DNA of 61,465 nucleotides, filler included, from Candidatus Desantisbacteria bacterium CG1_02_49_89 (GTDB lineage: Bacteria; Desantisbacteria; UBA1551), in the NCBI GenBank assembly GCA_001871075.1. It is 5 parts of 5 records of this genome, joined end to end, with 100 filler letters (N's around TTAATTAATTAA, not from the genome) between each part and the next. Parts side by side here need not be neighbours in the genome. Positions count along the whole stretch, not along the records: positions 1 to 19,665 come from MNUP01000129.1; 4 more parts are not named here. One strand, given 5' to 3'. Numbering within the stretch: the first letter of the stretch is position 1; each line of letters begins with the position of its first letter. The notes beneath the pieces were generated by a model. The model did no database searches. It saw nothing but the letters and a program-made list of their open reading frames with translations, and was not told the origin of the DNA. Below are positions 8,717-17,764 of the stretch, in pieces. The translations under genes were made by a program, and so were the position numbers.

Positions 8717-9682
8717 TTATCTGCTCCTTGCCATCATGACGATCCTTGCCAGTAGTTCCTCGAACCCGATACCGGACGCTTTTGCCGATTCGGGGAAAAG
8801 CGAGAGTTCGGTCATGCCCGGAATCGTGTTAACTTCCAGGACATATATTCCGCTGCTGCCCATCCTGAAATCAACCCTTGAATAATCCCTGCAGCCCAGC
8901 GCCCTGTGGGCATGGAGGGCTAACTCCTGCACTTTCGCATAATCTCTTTCCCCGAGCGGCGCGGGAATAATATGCTCGCAGAATCCGGGGGTGTATTTTG
9001 CCTTAAAATCGTAGAAAGCCCTCCTGGGCTTCAGCTCTATGACCGCAAGCGCCTTGTTGCCCAGTATTCCCACAGAAAGCTCTTTCCCGCTTATATATTT
9101 TTCAACGATCACCTCGTTGCCGTATCTGAACGCGCTGCGCAAAATTGCTGCAAGTTCATTTTTGTTCCCGGCGATGCCTACCCCTATCGCCGACCCTTCC
9201 GAACTCGGTTTTACTACTACCGGAAAAGATAGTGAAACCGTGGACTGCCCGCCCTGCGCAAAGGCAGGGCGAGGTCTCGCCCCGATATTAATCGGGGCGG
9301 ATGGACCGTGGACTGTGGACTTATGCAGCACCTGGTACCGGGGAGTGGGGATGCCTTCGGAAACAAAGATCTTTTTTGCGAAAATTTTATCCATCGCAAG
9401 CGCTGAAGCAAGCACTCCCGAACCTGTATAAGGAATACCCATTCCCTCCAGGACCGCCTGTATGCCTCCGTCTTCACCGAACTTGCCGTGTATGCACAGG
9501 AATGCGACATCGAATTTTTTCCTGAAAAGCTCCTGGAAAGATCTTTTCCCTTTCAGGTCCAGGCAGGAAACCCTGAAACCCGCTTTTTTCAGCCCTTTCG
9601 CCACGGAAGATCCGCTCTTCAGCGAAATCGCCCTTTCACTCGACCATCCGCCCGAAAGCACCAGCACCCTTGTCTTCTTCAT
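8717..9682 (-). CDS. ddl: D-alanine--D-alanine ligase (with in-frame repeat insertion)
   Basis: GGWSSERAISLKSG, HGKFGEDG, VVKPSSEGS, YDFKAKY, LEVNTIPG. Confidence 0.96.
   Translation of the reverse strand: MKKTRVLVLSGGWSSERAISLKSGSSVAKGLKKAGFRVSCLDLKGKRSFQELFRKKFDVAFLCIHGKFGEDGGIQAVLEGMGIPYTGSGVLASALAMDKIFAKKIFVSEGIPTPRYQVLHKSTVHGPSAPINIGARPRPAFAQGGQSTVSLSFPVVVKPSSEGSAIGVGIAGNKNELAAILRSAFRYGNEVIVEKYISGKELSVGILGNKALAVIELKPRRAFYDFKAKYTPGFCEHIIPAPLGERDYAKVQELALHAHRALGCRDYSRVDFRMGSSGIYVLEVNTIPGMTELSLFPESAKASGIGFEELLARIVMMARSR
9247..9300 (-). repeat. 54-nt twin-hairpin element inside ddl; related copies at 28897-28949, 43147-43200 and 56138-56189
   Basis: CCGCCCCG-loop-CGGGGCGAGACCTCGCCC-loop-GGGCGGGC; the same architecture occurs at the other loci. 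Confidence 0.85.
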
Positions 9683-9691
9683 ACAACTCCT

Positions 9692-9803
9692 AATTATGAA
9701 TTATAAATTATGAATTATGAATCAACAACAAGGAGTTTTATCTTAATTCAGGGCAAAAGCCCTGATTCCTTCACTCATAATTCATAAATCATAATTCATA
9801 ATT
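9692..9803. repeat. ATGAATT-heptamer inverted-arm element, copy 2
   Basis: Same arms as copy 1 and a related spacer (CAAGGAGTTTTAT); extra hairpin TCAGGGC-AAAA-GCCCTGA at 9748-9765. Confidence 0.85.
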
Positions 9804-9807
9804 GAAT

Positions 9808-10725
9808 TTAAAATTCACCTAAAAGCTGCACTTCCAGCTCAAGCTTCACGCCGAAATGCTCGTAAACCCTTTTCTGCATTTTTTCAATAAGGCTCATGAC
9901 ATCAGCCGCACTGGCTTTCCCGCGGTTGAGGATGAAGTTCGCGTGTTTCTTCGAAACAACAGCCCCGCCGGCCTTCTCGCCCTTCAGCCCTGCCAGATCG
10001 ATCAGCAGGCCTGCAGAGCAACCGTTCGGGTTCTTGAAAATGCATCCCGCGGAAGGCTTATCCATAGGATGTATCTTTTTCCTTTTAGCCCACGCAGCCG
10101 ATATGCTCTTTTTCACCGCGTAAGGCGACGCTTTTTTAAGCCCTCCCAAAACCGCTCCGGTTACGATGCCTTTCATTTTCTTAAGACTGCTGTCCCTGTA
10201 TGAAAAAACCAGCCTGCCCGCGGGTATCCTTCTTGTCCTGCCGCTGTAATCCATGAAGTCCACTGATCTCACTGTTTTTCCTATTGCCATCCGCGGAGAA
10301 CCGGCATTTCCGATAAGCGCTCCTCCAAGGGTTCCCGGTATTCCTGCCATGAACTCAAGCCCGCTCAACCCCCTGCCTGCAAGAGCGCTCAGAAGCCCGG
10401 ACACTGAAATTGAAGCGCCCACTTCAACCGTGCTTCCCCTGATCTTCACCTGGTCCAGCGCCTTTCCGGCCTTTACAACAACGCCCCTTATGCCTTTGTC
10501 TCCGACCAGTATGTTCGTGCCGCTGCCGGCTATGTACAGCGGCAGTCCGGATCTTTTCGCGGCACTGAATATCCTGCGCAGCTCGTTAATATCTTCGGCT
10601 ATGATGAACACGTCTGCCGGCCCGCCTATCCTGAAGGACGTATGCTTTGACATAGGCTCGTTAAAAAGCACCCGGCTTTTTTTCAGGATCTTCCCGATAT
10701 CTTTAAAAACAAATTGCTTTTTCAT
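9808..10725 (-). CDS. murB: UDP-N-acetylenolpyruvoylglucosamine reductase
   Basis: HTSFRIGGPA, GSGTNILV, GLEFMAGIPGTLGG, PSAGCIFKNP, HANFI, LELEV. Confidence 0.97.
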   Translation of the reverse strand: MKKQFVFKDIGKILKKSRVLFNEPMSKHTSFRIGGPADVFIIAEDINELRRIFSAAKRSGLPLYIAGSGTNILVGDKGIRGVVVKAGKALDQVKIRGSTVEVGASISVSGLLSALAGRGLSGLEFMAGIPGTLGGALIGNAGSPRMAIGKTVRSVDFMDYSGRTRRIPAGRLVFSYRDSSLKKMKGIVTGAVLGGLKKASPYAVKKSISAAWAKRKKIHPMDKPSAGCIFKNPNGCSAGLLIDLAGLKGEKAGGAVVSKKHANFILNRGKASAADVMSLIEKMQKRVYEHFGVKLELEVQLLGEF

Positions 10726-10847
10726 TTTTCACCAAATAATAAAAATTACCACGGAGGCACTGTGATCATAGCTTTTACTTGACACTTGATACTTGACTCT
10801 TGATACTGAAACTCTGACACGCTGATACGCTGACACGTTGACACGCC

Positions 10848-12251
10848 TTACTTCTCTTTTAGCTTTCTAAGGATCTCTTCCCCTATCGTGTAAACGTCTC
10901 CGGCTCCCATCGTAAGCACAAGGTCGCCCGGCTTTGCTATCCCCGCAATGTAAGATGCCGCCTCTCCCTTGTCCTCAATGTATCTTTTTTCCCCGCAGGT
11001 CCTGATCCCCGAAAGTATCACGCTTTGGTCCACGCCCTTTATTTCCTTTTCGCCGGCGCTGTAGATCTTTGTCAGGATGACTATGTCGGTGCGCGAAAGC
11101 GACCTGCCCAGTTCCCTGCCCAGGAATCTTGTCCTGCTGTACCGGTGCGGCTGGAACACGACTATCATCCTTTTTCTCCCCAGCCTCCTGGCAACCCGCA
11201 TTGTCGCGTCTATCTCGCTGGGATGGTGCGCGTAATCGTCGATCACCAGCACCCCTTTTTCTTCGCCCTTGACCTCTATCCTGCGCTTCGCGCTCCTGAA
11301 ATCCGCGAGCGCTTCGCATGCCTTCGAAAAATCAACGCCAGCCTGCAGAGCGGCGCAGGCAGCGGCCAGGGCGTTTGAAACGTTATGCATTCCGGGCACA
11401 CCCAGCCTTATCCTGCCAAGCCTTCTGCCTTCACCCGTGACCTCGAATTCGCTGCCCCAGAGGTCCAGCCTGATCCCGGACGCGCAAAAATCAGCTTTCC
11501 CGGAGGTGCTATACGTAAGCACGCCGCACTTCAGCAGTCTTTTCCTTTTTATTATCTCCGAAACGTTCCTGTCGTCGGAATTCAGTATCATTATCCCGCC
11601 GGCTGGGGTCAGGCTGGCGAAATCCCAGAAAGCCTTCTTAAGATTTCGTAGATTCCCGTAATGATCCAGGTGTTCTTCTTCGATATTCGTAACGATACCT
11701 ATGTCCGGCGGCAGCTTCAGGAACGAACCGTCGCTTTCATCCGCTTCGGCAACAAAATATTCCCCTTTGCCCAGGCCGGCATTGACCCCGCCCAGCACCC
11801 CCACGTAACCCCCCACCGCGAAATCCGGTTCGAATCCCGCCCTGTGCAGTATATAAGCGATCATGGAGGTGGTTGTTGTTTTTCCGTGCGTGCCTGTTAT
11901 CACTATCCTCTTCCTGTCTTTCATGAGGGAAAAAAGCATGTCCGCCCGCCGTATGACGGGGATACCTTTTTCCTTTGCCTCTTTCAGCTCCGGGTTTGAA
12001 GGGGAAACCGCTGACGACACGACAAGAAGGCGCGCGTCCGCAACGTTCTGCGCCCGGTGGCCGGTGAAGATCTTTGCTCCTTTTTCCGCAAGCGTCCGTG
12101 TTGCCGCGGACTCTTTTATGTCAGACCCGCTCACGCTCTCGCCTTTTGCAAGCAGCATGAGCGCGAGACCGCTCATCCCCACACCGCCTATGCCCACGAA
12201 ATGCACAGCTTTATTCTCAGCCACGGATCTCCACGGATTTTTACTCTGCAA
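10848..12251 (-). CDS. murC: UDP-N-acetylmuramate--L-alanine ligase
   Basis: HFVGIGGVGMSG, GTHGKTTTT, EADESDGSF, DDYAHHP, FQPHRYSRT. True start may be GTG 12224. Confidence 0.97.
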   Translation of the reverse strand: MQSKNPWRSVAENKAVHFVGIGGVGMSGLALMLLAKGESVSGSDIKESAATRTLAEKGAKIFTGHRAQNVADARLLVVSSAVSPSNPELKEAKEKGIPVIRRADMLFSLMKDRKRIVITGTHGKTTTTSMIAYILHRAGFEPDFAVGGYVGVLGGVNAGLGKGEYFVAEADESDGSFLKLPPDIGIVTNIEEEHLDHYGNLRNLKKAFWDFASLTPAGGIMILNSDDRNVSEIIKRKRLLKCGVLTYSTSGKADFCASGIRLDLWGSEFEVTGEGRRLGRIRLGVPGMHNVSNALAAACAALQAGVDFSKACEALADFRSAKRRIEVKGEEKGVLVIDDYAHHPSEIDATMRVARRLGRKRMIVVFQPHRYSRTRFLGRELGRSLSRTDIVILTKIYSAGEKEIKGVDQSVILSGIRTCGEKRYIEDKGEAASYIAGIAKPGDLVLTMGAGDVYTIGEEILRKLKEK

Positions 12252-12319
12252 ACTCTGTAAACTTTATAAACTTTGTAAACTGCATCAGCAACCACGGATT
12301 AACACGGATTCCCACGGAT

Positions 12320-13456
12320 TTAACTTTTAACTTTTAACTTTAAACTCTGGGGCTTGAGTTTGGGGCGGTGCCTCCACACGCTTACCAGCACACCTGCGCA
12401 GGCCATCATGAAAACAAGCGATGAACCGCCGAAACTTATGAACGGCAGCGGCACGCCCTTAACGGGCAGGATCCCGCTTGCGACGCCCATGTTGAAAAAC
12501 GCCTGCAGCACTATTATGAACGTTATGCCGCCGGCAAGGAGCCGCCCGAATTTATCCTTCGCTTCCAGCATGATGGATGCGCCCAGCCACAGGAAACCCA
12601 TGAACAGAAGAACTACTGTCAGGGTGCCCGCGAACCCGAATTCCTCGCCTATGACGGATATTATAAAATCGGTATGCGGCGCCGGCAGGAAGAACAGTTT
12701 CTGCCTCCCTGCTCCCAGCCCCAGGCCCGCGGGCCCGCCTGAACCCAGCGCTATAAGCGACTGGATAGTGTGGTATCCCTTGCCCAGCGGGTCATTACCC
12801 GGGTGAAGGAATGCAAGGACCCTTGCCCTGCGGTAGGCTGAGCTGAAGATCAGCGCGTATATCACGGGCAGAGAGCACAGCGCTATCCCCACGAGATAAA
12901 ATATCCTTGCCCCCGCCAGGAAAAGCATGCCGACAAAGATAATTCCGAGAAGCACCACGGTCCCGAAATCCGGCTGCCTCAGGATAAGGACTACCAGCGC
13001 TCCGGTAACGATTATATACGGGAGTATGCCGTAGGTAAAGCTCTCCACTTTTTTCTGCTTTTTGCTCAGCGAGGAAGCGAGAAATACTATCAGGCAGAAT
13101 TTTGCCAGTTCAGACGGCTGGAATGAAACAGGGCCGAGCCTGAACCACCTTACAGCCCCGCCTGCCTCCTTCCCGAATTTCGGCGTTAGAACTAGAAAAA
13201 GCAGCGCAACCGTCAGGGCGAAAAGCGGGTACTTGAGTTTTTCAAGTATGTGGTAATCCAGGTACATGAAAACCAGCATCATCACGATCCCCAGCACCAT
13301 CCACACAAGCTGCTTCCTGAGGAAAAGCAAAGGGTCCATCCGGTATTTTTGGCTCTCGCCGGACATTATACCGCTTGAGCTGTATATCATTACAACCCCT
13401 GCCACGACCAGGACCAGCACTATCACAATTATCCCGATATCAGGCGACACTTTCAT
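12320..13456 (-). CDS. ftsW: SEDS peptidoglycan polymerase FtsW
   Basis: GAVRW, FQPSE.AK, QPDFG, LPAPHTDFI, GVPLPFISFGGSS; within the dcw cluster. Confidence 0.96.
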   Translation of the reverse strand: MKVSPDIGIIVIVLVLVVAGVVMIYSSSGIMSGESQKYRMDPLLFLRKQLVWMVLGIVMMLVFMYLDYHILEKLKYPLFALTVALLFLVLTPKFGKEAGGAVRWFRLGPVSFQPSELAKFCLIVFLASSLSKKQKKVESFTYGILPYIIVTGALVVLILRQPDFGTVVLLGIIFVGMLFLAGARIFYLVGIALCSLPVIYALIFSSAYRRARVLAFLHPGNDPLGKGYHTIQSLIALGSGGPAGLGLGAGRQKLFFLPAPHTDFIISVIGEEFGFAGTLTVVLLFMGFLWLGASIMLEAKDKFGRLLAGGITFIIVLQAFFNMGVASGILPVKGVPLPFISFGGSSLVFMMACAGVLVSVWRHRPKLKPQSLKLKVKS

Positions 13457-13482
13457 TTTAACCCCGATTTACCGCTGAAATC

Positions 13483-13580
13483 AATTATGAGTTATGAATT
13501 ATGAGTTATGAGTGAAGGAATTTTATTTAAATGAAAATCCATGCCGTTGATTCATAATTCATCATTCATAATTCATAATT
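13483..13580. repeat. ATGAATT-heptamer inverted-arm element, copy 3 (spacer opposite in orientation to copy 2)
   Basis: Arms as in copies 1 and 2; spacer GTGAAGGAAT is the reverse complement of ATTCCTTCAC in copy 2. Confidence 0.85.
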
Positions 13581-13589
13581 AGAAATTTT

Positions 13590-14966
13590 TTATAATTTAC
13601 TCACTTCGTCCTTGAAGATCCTGCCCCGCTCTTTGTAATCCCTGAACATATCGAAACTGCTGCATCCGGGAGACAGCACCACCTCATCCCCTGGCTCTGC
13701 TGATTCGGCCGCGGCCCTTACCGCTTCCCCCATGTCCGCTGCCTTCATTATAATGCCTCGCAGGGAGTTGCTGTAACCCAGGAGCATCTTCTCTATGGCG
13801 TCTTTCGCCTCTCCGATAAGGATTATTTTCTTTGCTTTCTCTTCCGCGGGTTTTCCGAGTATCCCGAAATCCCCGCCCTTATACCTGCCCCCTGCTATCA
13901 ATACAAGCGATTTTTTTCCCGGCGTCCCGAGGCTTTCAAGCGCTTTGAGCACGGCGTCGACCGTTGTTCCCTTCGAATCGTTTATGTACCTGACGCCTTT
14001 TTTATCCCCTGCCGGCTCCATCCTGTGTTCAAGCCCTGTGAATTCCCTGAGCGCTTTGGAGGCGGCGTCAGCATGTATCCCAAAAACCATTGCCATCGCG
14101 GTTGCCGCAAGCGCGTTCTCAAGGTTATGCTGGCCTATAAGCTTTATCTGCGAGATCTCGCAGACCGTCTGCTCCGTGCCGATCCTGCTTATTATCTTTC
14201 CGCCCCTTACGAACACGCCTGTCTGCGGTTCGCTCTTTCTTGAAAAAACAACCTTTCTTGCCTTTATGCCCTCTTCGACCAGTGCCGCGGTGGCGGGGCA
14301 GTCCCCGTTGATCACCGCGAAGTCGTCCGCATGCTGGTTCTCGAATATCCTCGCTTTCGCCTTAATGTATTCTTCCATGCCCGGATACCTGTCAAGATGG
14401 TTCGCGTTTATGTTCAGCAAAGCCGCGATCTTCGGCCTGAAATCTTTGATGGTCTCGAGCTGGAAACTGCTTATCTCCGCCACAACAGCTTCAGGCTGCG
14501 CCCCGGTGTATACCGGTCCCGCGAATTTGGTCAGCGGCTCACCGATATTACCCCCGACTATCACTTTCTTGCCGCCTGCCTTAAGCATTTCTCCTGTCAG
14601 GACCGTGGTTGTTGTCTTGCCGTTTGAACCTGTTATCGCTATTATAGGGCTTGATATGAACAAGAAGGCAAGCTCGATCTCTCCTATTACCGGGATCCCT
14701 TTTGCCGCTACTTCCTTCAGTATCGGTATACCGGAAGGTATTCCCGGGCTAATGACCACGGCGTCAGAATCAAGGACCTGGCGGCTGTGCCCCCCGAACT
14801 CTGTCCTGATACCCGCGGGGAGCCCGGCCGGCAGCTTCCCCAGTTCCTCCTTCTTCTTCGTATCGCTCAAAAGCACGTCTGCACCGGCCTTTACCAGAAG
14901 AACGGAAGAATAGATGCCGCTTATCCCCATGCCCAGAACGCTTATTTTTTTCCCTTTAAGATCCAT
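13590..14966 (-). CDS. murD: UDP-N-acetylmuramoyl-L-alanine--D-glutamate ligase
   Basis: SPGIP, ITGSNGKTTT, GGNIG, EISSFQL, HLDRY, NDSKGT, LSPGCSSFD. Confidence 0.97.
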   Translation of the reverse strand: MDLKGKKISVLGMGISGIYSSVLLVKAGADVLLSDTKKKEELGKLPAGLPAGIRTEFGGHSRQVLDSDAVVISPGIPSGIPILKEVAAKGIPVIGEIELAFLFISSPIIAITGSNGKTTTTVLTGEMLKAGGKKVIVGGNIGEPLTKFAGPVYTGAQPEAVVAEISSFQLETIKDFRPKIAALLNINANHLDRYPGMEEYIKAKARIFENQHADDFAVINGDCPATAALVEEGIKARKVVFSRKSEPQTGVFVRGGKIISRIGTEQTVCEISQIKLIGQHNLENALAATAMAMVFGIHADAASKALREFTGLEHRMEPAGDKKGVRYINDSKGTTVDAVLKALESLGTPGKKSLVLIAGGRYKGGDFGILGKPAEEKAKKIILIGEAKDAIEKMLLGYSNSLRGIIMKAADMGEAVRAAAESAEPGDEVVLSPGCSSFDMFRDYKERGRIFKDEVSKL

Positions 14967-15044
14967 TTTTTTAGAAATCAGATTAAGATTAAGAACTTTT
15001 TAACCACACGATTACACAGATTTCCACGAGATGACGGTTTGACC

Positions 15045-15110
15045 GTCATTGCGAGCGGAGCGAAGCAATCTTGTATTGGATTGCTTCGTCATTTCATTCC
15101 TCGCAATGAC
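15045..15110. repeat. GTCATTGCGAG...CTCGCAATGAC palindromic element; other copies at 45738-45804 and (partial) 53818-53887
   Basis: 11-nt terminal inverted repeats with an internal CGAAGCAATC/GATTGCTTCG stem. Confidence 0.9.
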
Positions 15111-15224
15111 ATTTCTTGTGGAATTCGTCAGTCTTTCGATATTACCCACAAAGAATGTTGCGAAGCAAACAATCGCGTGAAATCTCGTGGTTATATGTTT
15201 TGCATTAATCTCAATCTGCCTTTT

Positions 15225-16313
15225 TTATCTTAGCTTGAGCGTTGAAAAAGTCACAAGCGCAAGAATTATGTTAATGATCCAGAACCTGACAACGACCTTC
15301 GGTTCAGGCCAGCCCTTCAGTTCAAAATGGTGGTGCAGGGGTGTCATCTTAAAGATCCTTTTCCCGGTAAGCTTGAAACAGGTAACCTGCAGTATGACGG
15401 ATACTATCTCCACGAGGAATATTCCCCCGACGATCAGCAGGAGTATCTCCTTGCGGACAAGAAGCGCGACAAGCCCTATAGCTCCGCCGAGAGCCAGGGC
15501 TCCGGTGTCACCCATAAAAACCTGCGACGGGTATGAATTGAACCACAGGAACCCAAGGCCCGCGCCCATCATTGCTGAAAGGTAAACGGTCAGCTCGCTG
15601 CTCTGCTGCACGAAAGGTATCAGCAGGTACTGGCTGAACTTGAAATTTCCGGTGAAGTAGGCGAACAGCCCCATGGTCGCGGCTGTTATCACAACCCCTC
15701 CTATAGCCAGCCCGTCCAGCCCGTCTGTCAGGTTGACCGCGTTCGACGAGAACATTATCACCAGCGCGGCGAACGGGACATACAGGATCCCGAGCCTTAT
15801 GAGCGCGTCCTTAAAAAACGGCACTGTAACGTCGGAAAAGCCGGCTGTTTCCGGCGACATGTAAAGGAACACGCCTACCGCAGTGCCTATAAAAGCCTGG
15901 GCCGTGAGTTTCTGCCACGGCTTCAGACCCCCGGGCTTCCCTTTCTTAAGCTTCAGGTAATCGTCAAGGAAACCTACAAGGCCCAGGAACACCGTGCATA
16001 TGAGAGCCGCGTGTATGAAGGAATTGTCAAGCCTCGCCCACAGGGCGGTTGAGATAACGAGTGTCAAAACTATAAGCAATCCGCCCATTGTCGGCGTGCC
16101 CACCTTTGCCTTGTGCTGCTGCTCGAAGAGCGGGAACTCCCTGACCGTGTCACCCACCTTGGCCTGCTGCAGCCTTTTAATTATCCAGGGCCCCAGCGTT
16201 ATTGTGAGCACGAGGCTTAGCAGGGCCGCGCCGGCTGACCTGAACGTTATATACCGCAGAACGTTGAACCCGAAAAAGTGATCACGAAGAGGGAACAACA
16301 GATGATAAAACAT
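15225..16313 (-). CDS. mraY: Phospho-N-acetylmuramoyl-pentapeptide transferase
   Basis: GTPTMGG, GFLDD, NAVNLTDGLDGL, FMGDTG, PLHHHFE. Confidence 0.98.
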   Translation of the reverse strand: MFYHLLFPLRDHFFGFNVLRYITFRSAGAALLSLVLTITLGPWIIKRLQQAKVGDTVREFPLFEQQHKAKVGTPTMGGLLIVLTLVISTALWARLDNSFIHAALICTVFLGLVGFLDDYLKLKKGKPGGLKPWQKLTAQAFIGTAVGVFLYMSPETAGFSDVTVPFFKDALIRLGILYVPFAALVIMFSSNAVNLTDGLDGLAIGGVVITAATMGLFAYFTGNFKFSQYLLIPFVQQSSELTVYLSAMMGAGLGFLWFNSYPSQVFMGDTGALALGGAIGLVALLVRKEILLLIVGGIFLVEIVSVILQVTCFKLTGKRIFKMTPLHHHFELKGWPEPKVVVRFWIINIILALVTFSTLKLR

Positions 16314-17733
16314 CCAGCACCTCCTCCATTTTAGCTTTGCGGGAACCCTTTACAAGGAGCATATCGCCCTTTCTGGCCTCCCGCTTCAGTTCTTTTATAA
16401 GTTCTTTTTTATCGGTAAAAGCGCGGGCGCAGCCGCCTTTCAGGGCGAATTTTTTCGCGGTTACGCGCGCGAGGTTTCCCAGCGTGAAGAGGATATCCAC
16501 CCCCGCCTTTTTAATATCTTCTGAGATCTTCCTGTGCGCCGGGACCGCGAGCCTGCCAAGTTCCAGCATGTCCCCGAGTACAAGGATCTTTCTTTTCCCG
16601 GGGATCTCCCCGAGGAAGGAAACCGCCTGGCACACGGATGATGGGTTGGCGTTATACGCGTCGTTTATAATTGTGATGCCGCCGGATTTTTTTATCTCCA
16701 TCCTCATAGGCGGGCTTTCAGCGCTCTCGATTCCTTTTTTAATAAGTTCCGCCCGTATCCCCATGGCATATCCGGCTGCCGCGCCTGCGAGCGCGTTGTA
16801 TACGTTAAAAAGCCCCGGCATAGTAAGCTTTGTTTCAAGCGTTTTTGAACCCAGGCTCAGCCTGAAAGAACTTCTGCATCCCGATATTTTTATGTCAGAA
16901 GCGCAAACGTTCCTCCTGTTATTGAAGGCGTAGTTGCCTGAAATCCCGTATGTAACCAGCCTGACCGAGGGGGGTATGTTCCCGGACTTGATCCACCTGC
17001 GGGCCATAGCATCGTCAGCGTTAAGGACTGCCGTTCCCCCTGCACGCAATCCCTTTATAAGGGAGAACTTCTCCCTTGCGACGCCGCCTACGCTTTTCAG
17101 CCCTTCAATGTGGCTCATACCGATATTCGTAACCACTCCTGCCGTTGGTCTGGCTATCTCAACCAGCCTCCTGATCTCACCGTAAGCGTTCGTGCCCAAC
17201 TCAAGAACTGCGGCTTTATGCCTGCGGCCCAGCCCGAACAGCGTGAGCGGCACCCCGACCTCATTGTTGAAGTTCCCCTTATTTTTCAGGACGTGCCTGC
17301 GCCCGAATTTCATGCCCAGTATGCTCCAGATTATTTCCTTTGTGGTTGTTTTGCCGTTGCTGCCTGTCACGCATATCACCGGGATCCTTCGCCTCATCCT
17401 GCAGAAATTCGCTATGTCCTGCATCGCCCTCAAAGTATCCCCCACCGCAATAACTACCGGTTGAACGTTGAAAGTTGAACGTTGAAAGTTTTTAAACTTA
17501 CGACTTACGACGCACGACGCACGACGCACGAGCATTCCTGCCGCTCCTCCCGCCACTGCTTTGGCAAGGAAATCATGGGCGTCGAAATTTTTGCCTTTCA
17601 GCGCGATGAACAGGTCTCCTTTTTTAACACTGCGTGTATCGGTAGAAATGTTTTTAAAAGAAGCGCGTATGTCCCCGCTGATAAGCCTTCCTTTTGTCGC
17701 CTTTAATATTTCTCTAACGGTCATCTTTTCCAT
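16282..17733 (-). CDS. murF: UDP-MurNAc-tripeptide--D-Ala-D-Ala ligase (with in-frame heptamer tracts)
   Basis: STDTR, VTGSNGKTTTK, NFNNEVGVP, NDAYNANP, LGDMLELG, LVKGSR. Confidence 0.96.
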   Translation of the reverse strand: MEKMTVREILKATKGRLISGDIRASFKNISTDTRSVKKGDLFIALKGKNFDAHDFLAKAVAGGAAGMLVRRASCVVSRKFKNFQRSTFNVQPVVIAVGDTLRAMQDIANFCRMRRRIPVICVTGSNGKTTTKEIIWSILGMKFGRRHVLKNKGNFNNEVGVPLTLFGLGRRHKAAVLELGTNAYGEIRRLVEIARPTAGVVTNIGMSHIEGLKSVGGVAREKFSLIKGLRAGGTAVLNADDAMARRWIKSGNIPPSVRLVTYGISGNYAFNNRRNVCASDIKISGCRSSFRLSLGSKTLETKLTMPGLFNVYNALAGAAAGYAMGIRAELIKKGIESAESPPMRMEIKKSGGITIINDAYNANPSSVCQAVSFLGEIPGKRKILVLGDMLELGRLAVPAHRKISEDIKKAGVDILFTLGNLARVTAKKFALKGGCARAFTDKKELIKELKREARKGDMLLVKGSRKAKMEEVLDVLSSVVPSS

Positions 17734-17764
17734 GTTTTAACTTTCAACCTTTAACTTTTAACCT

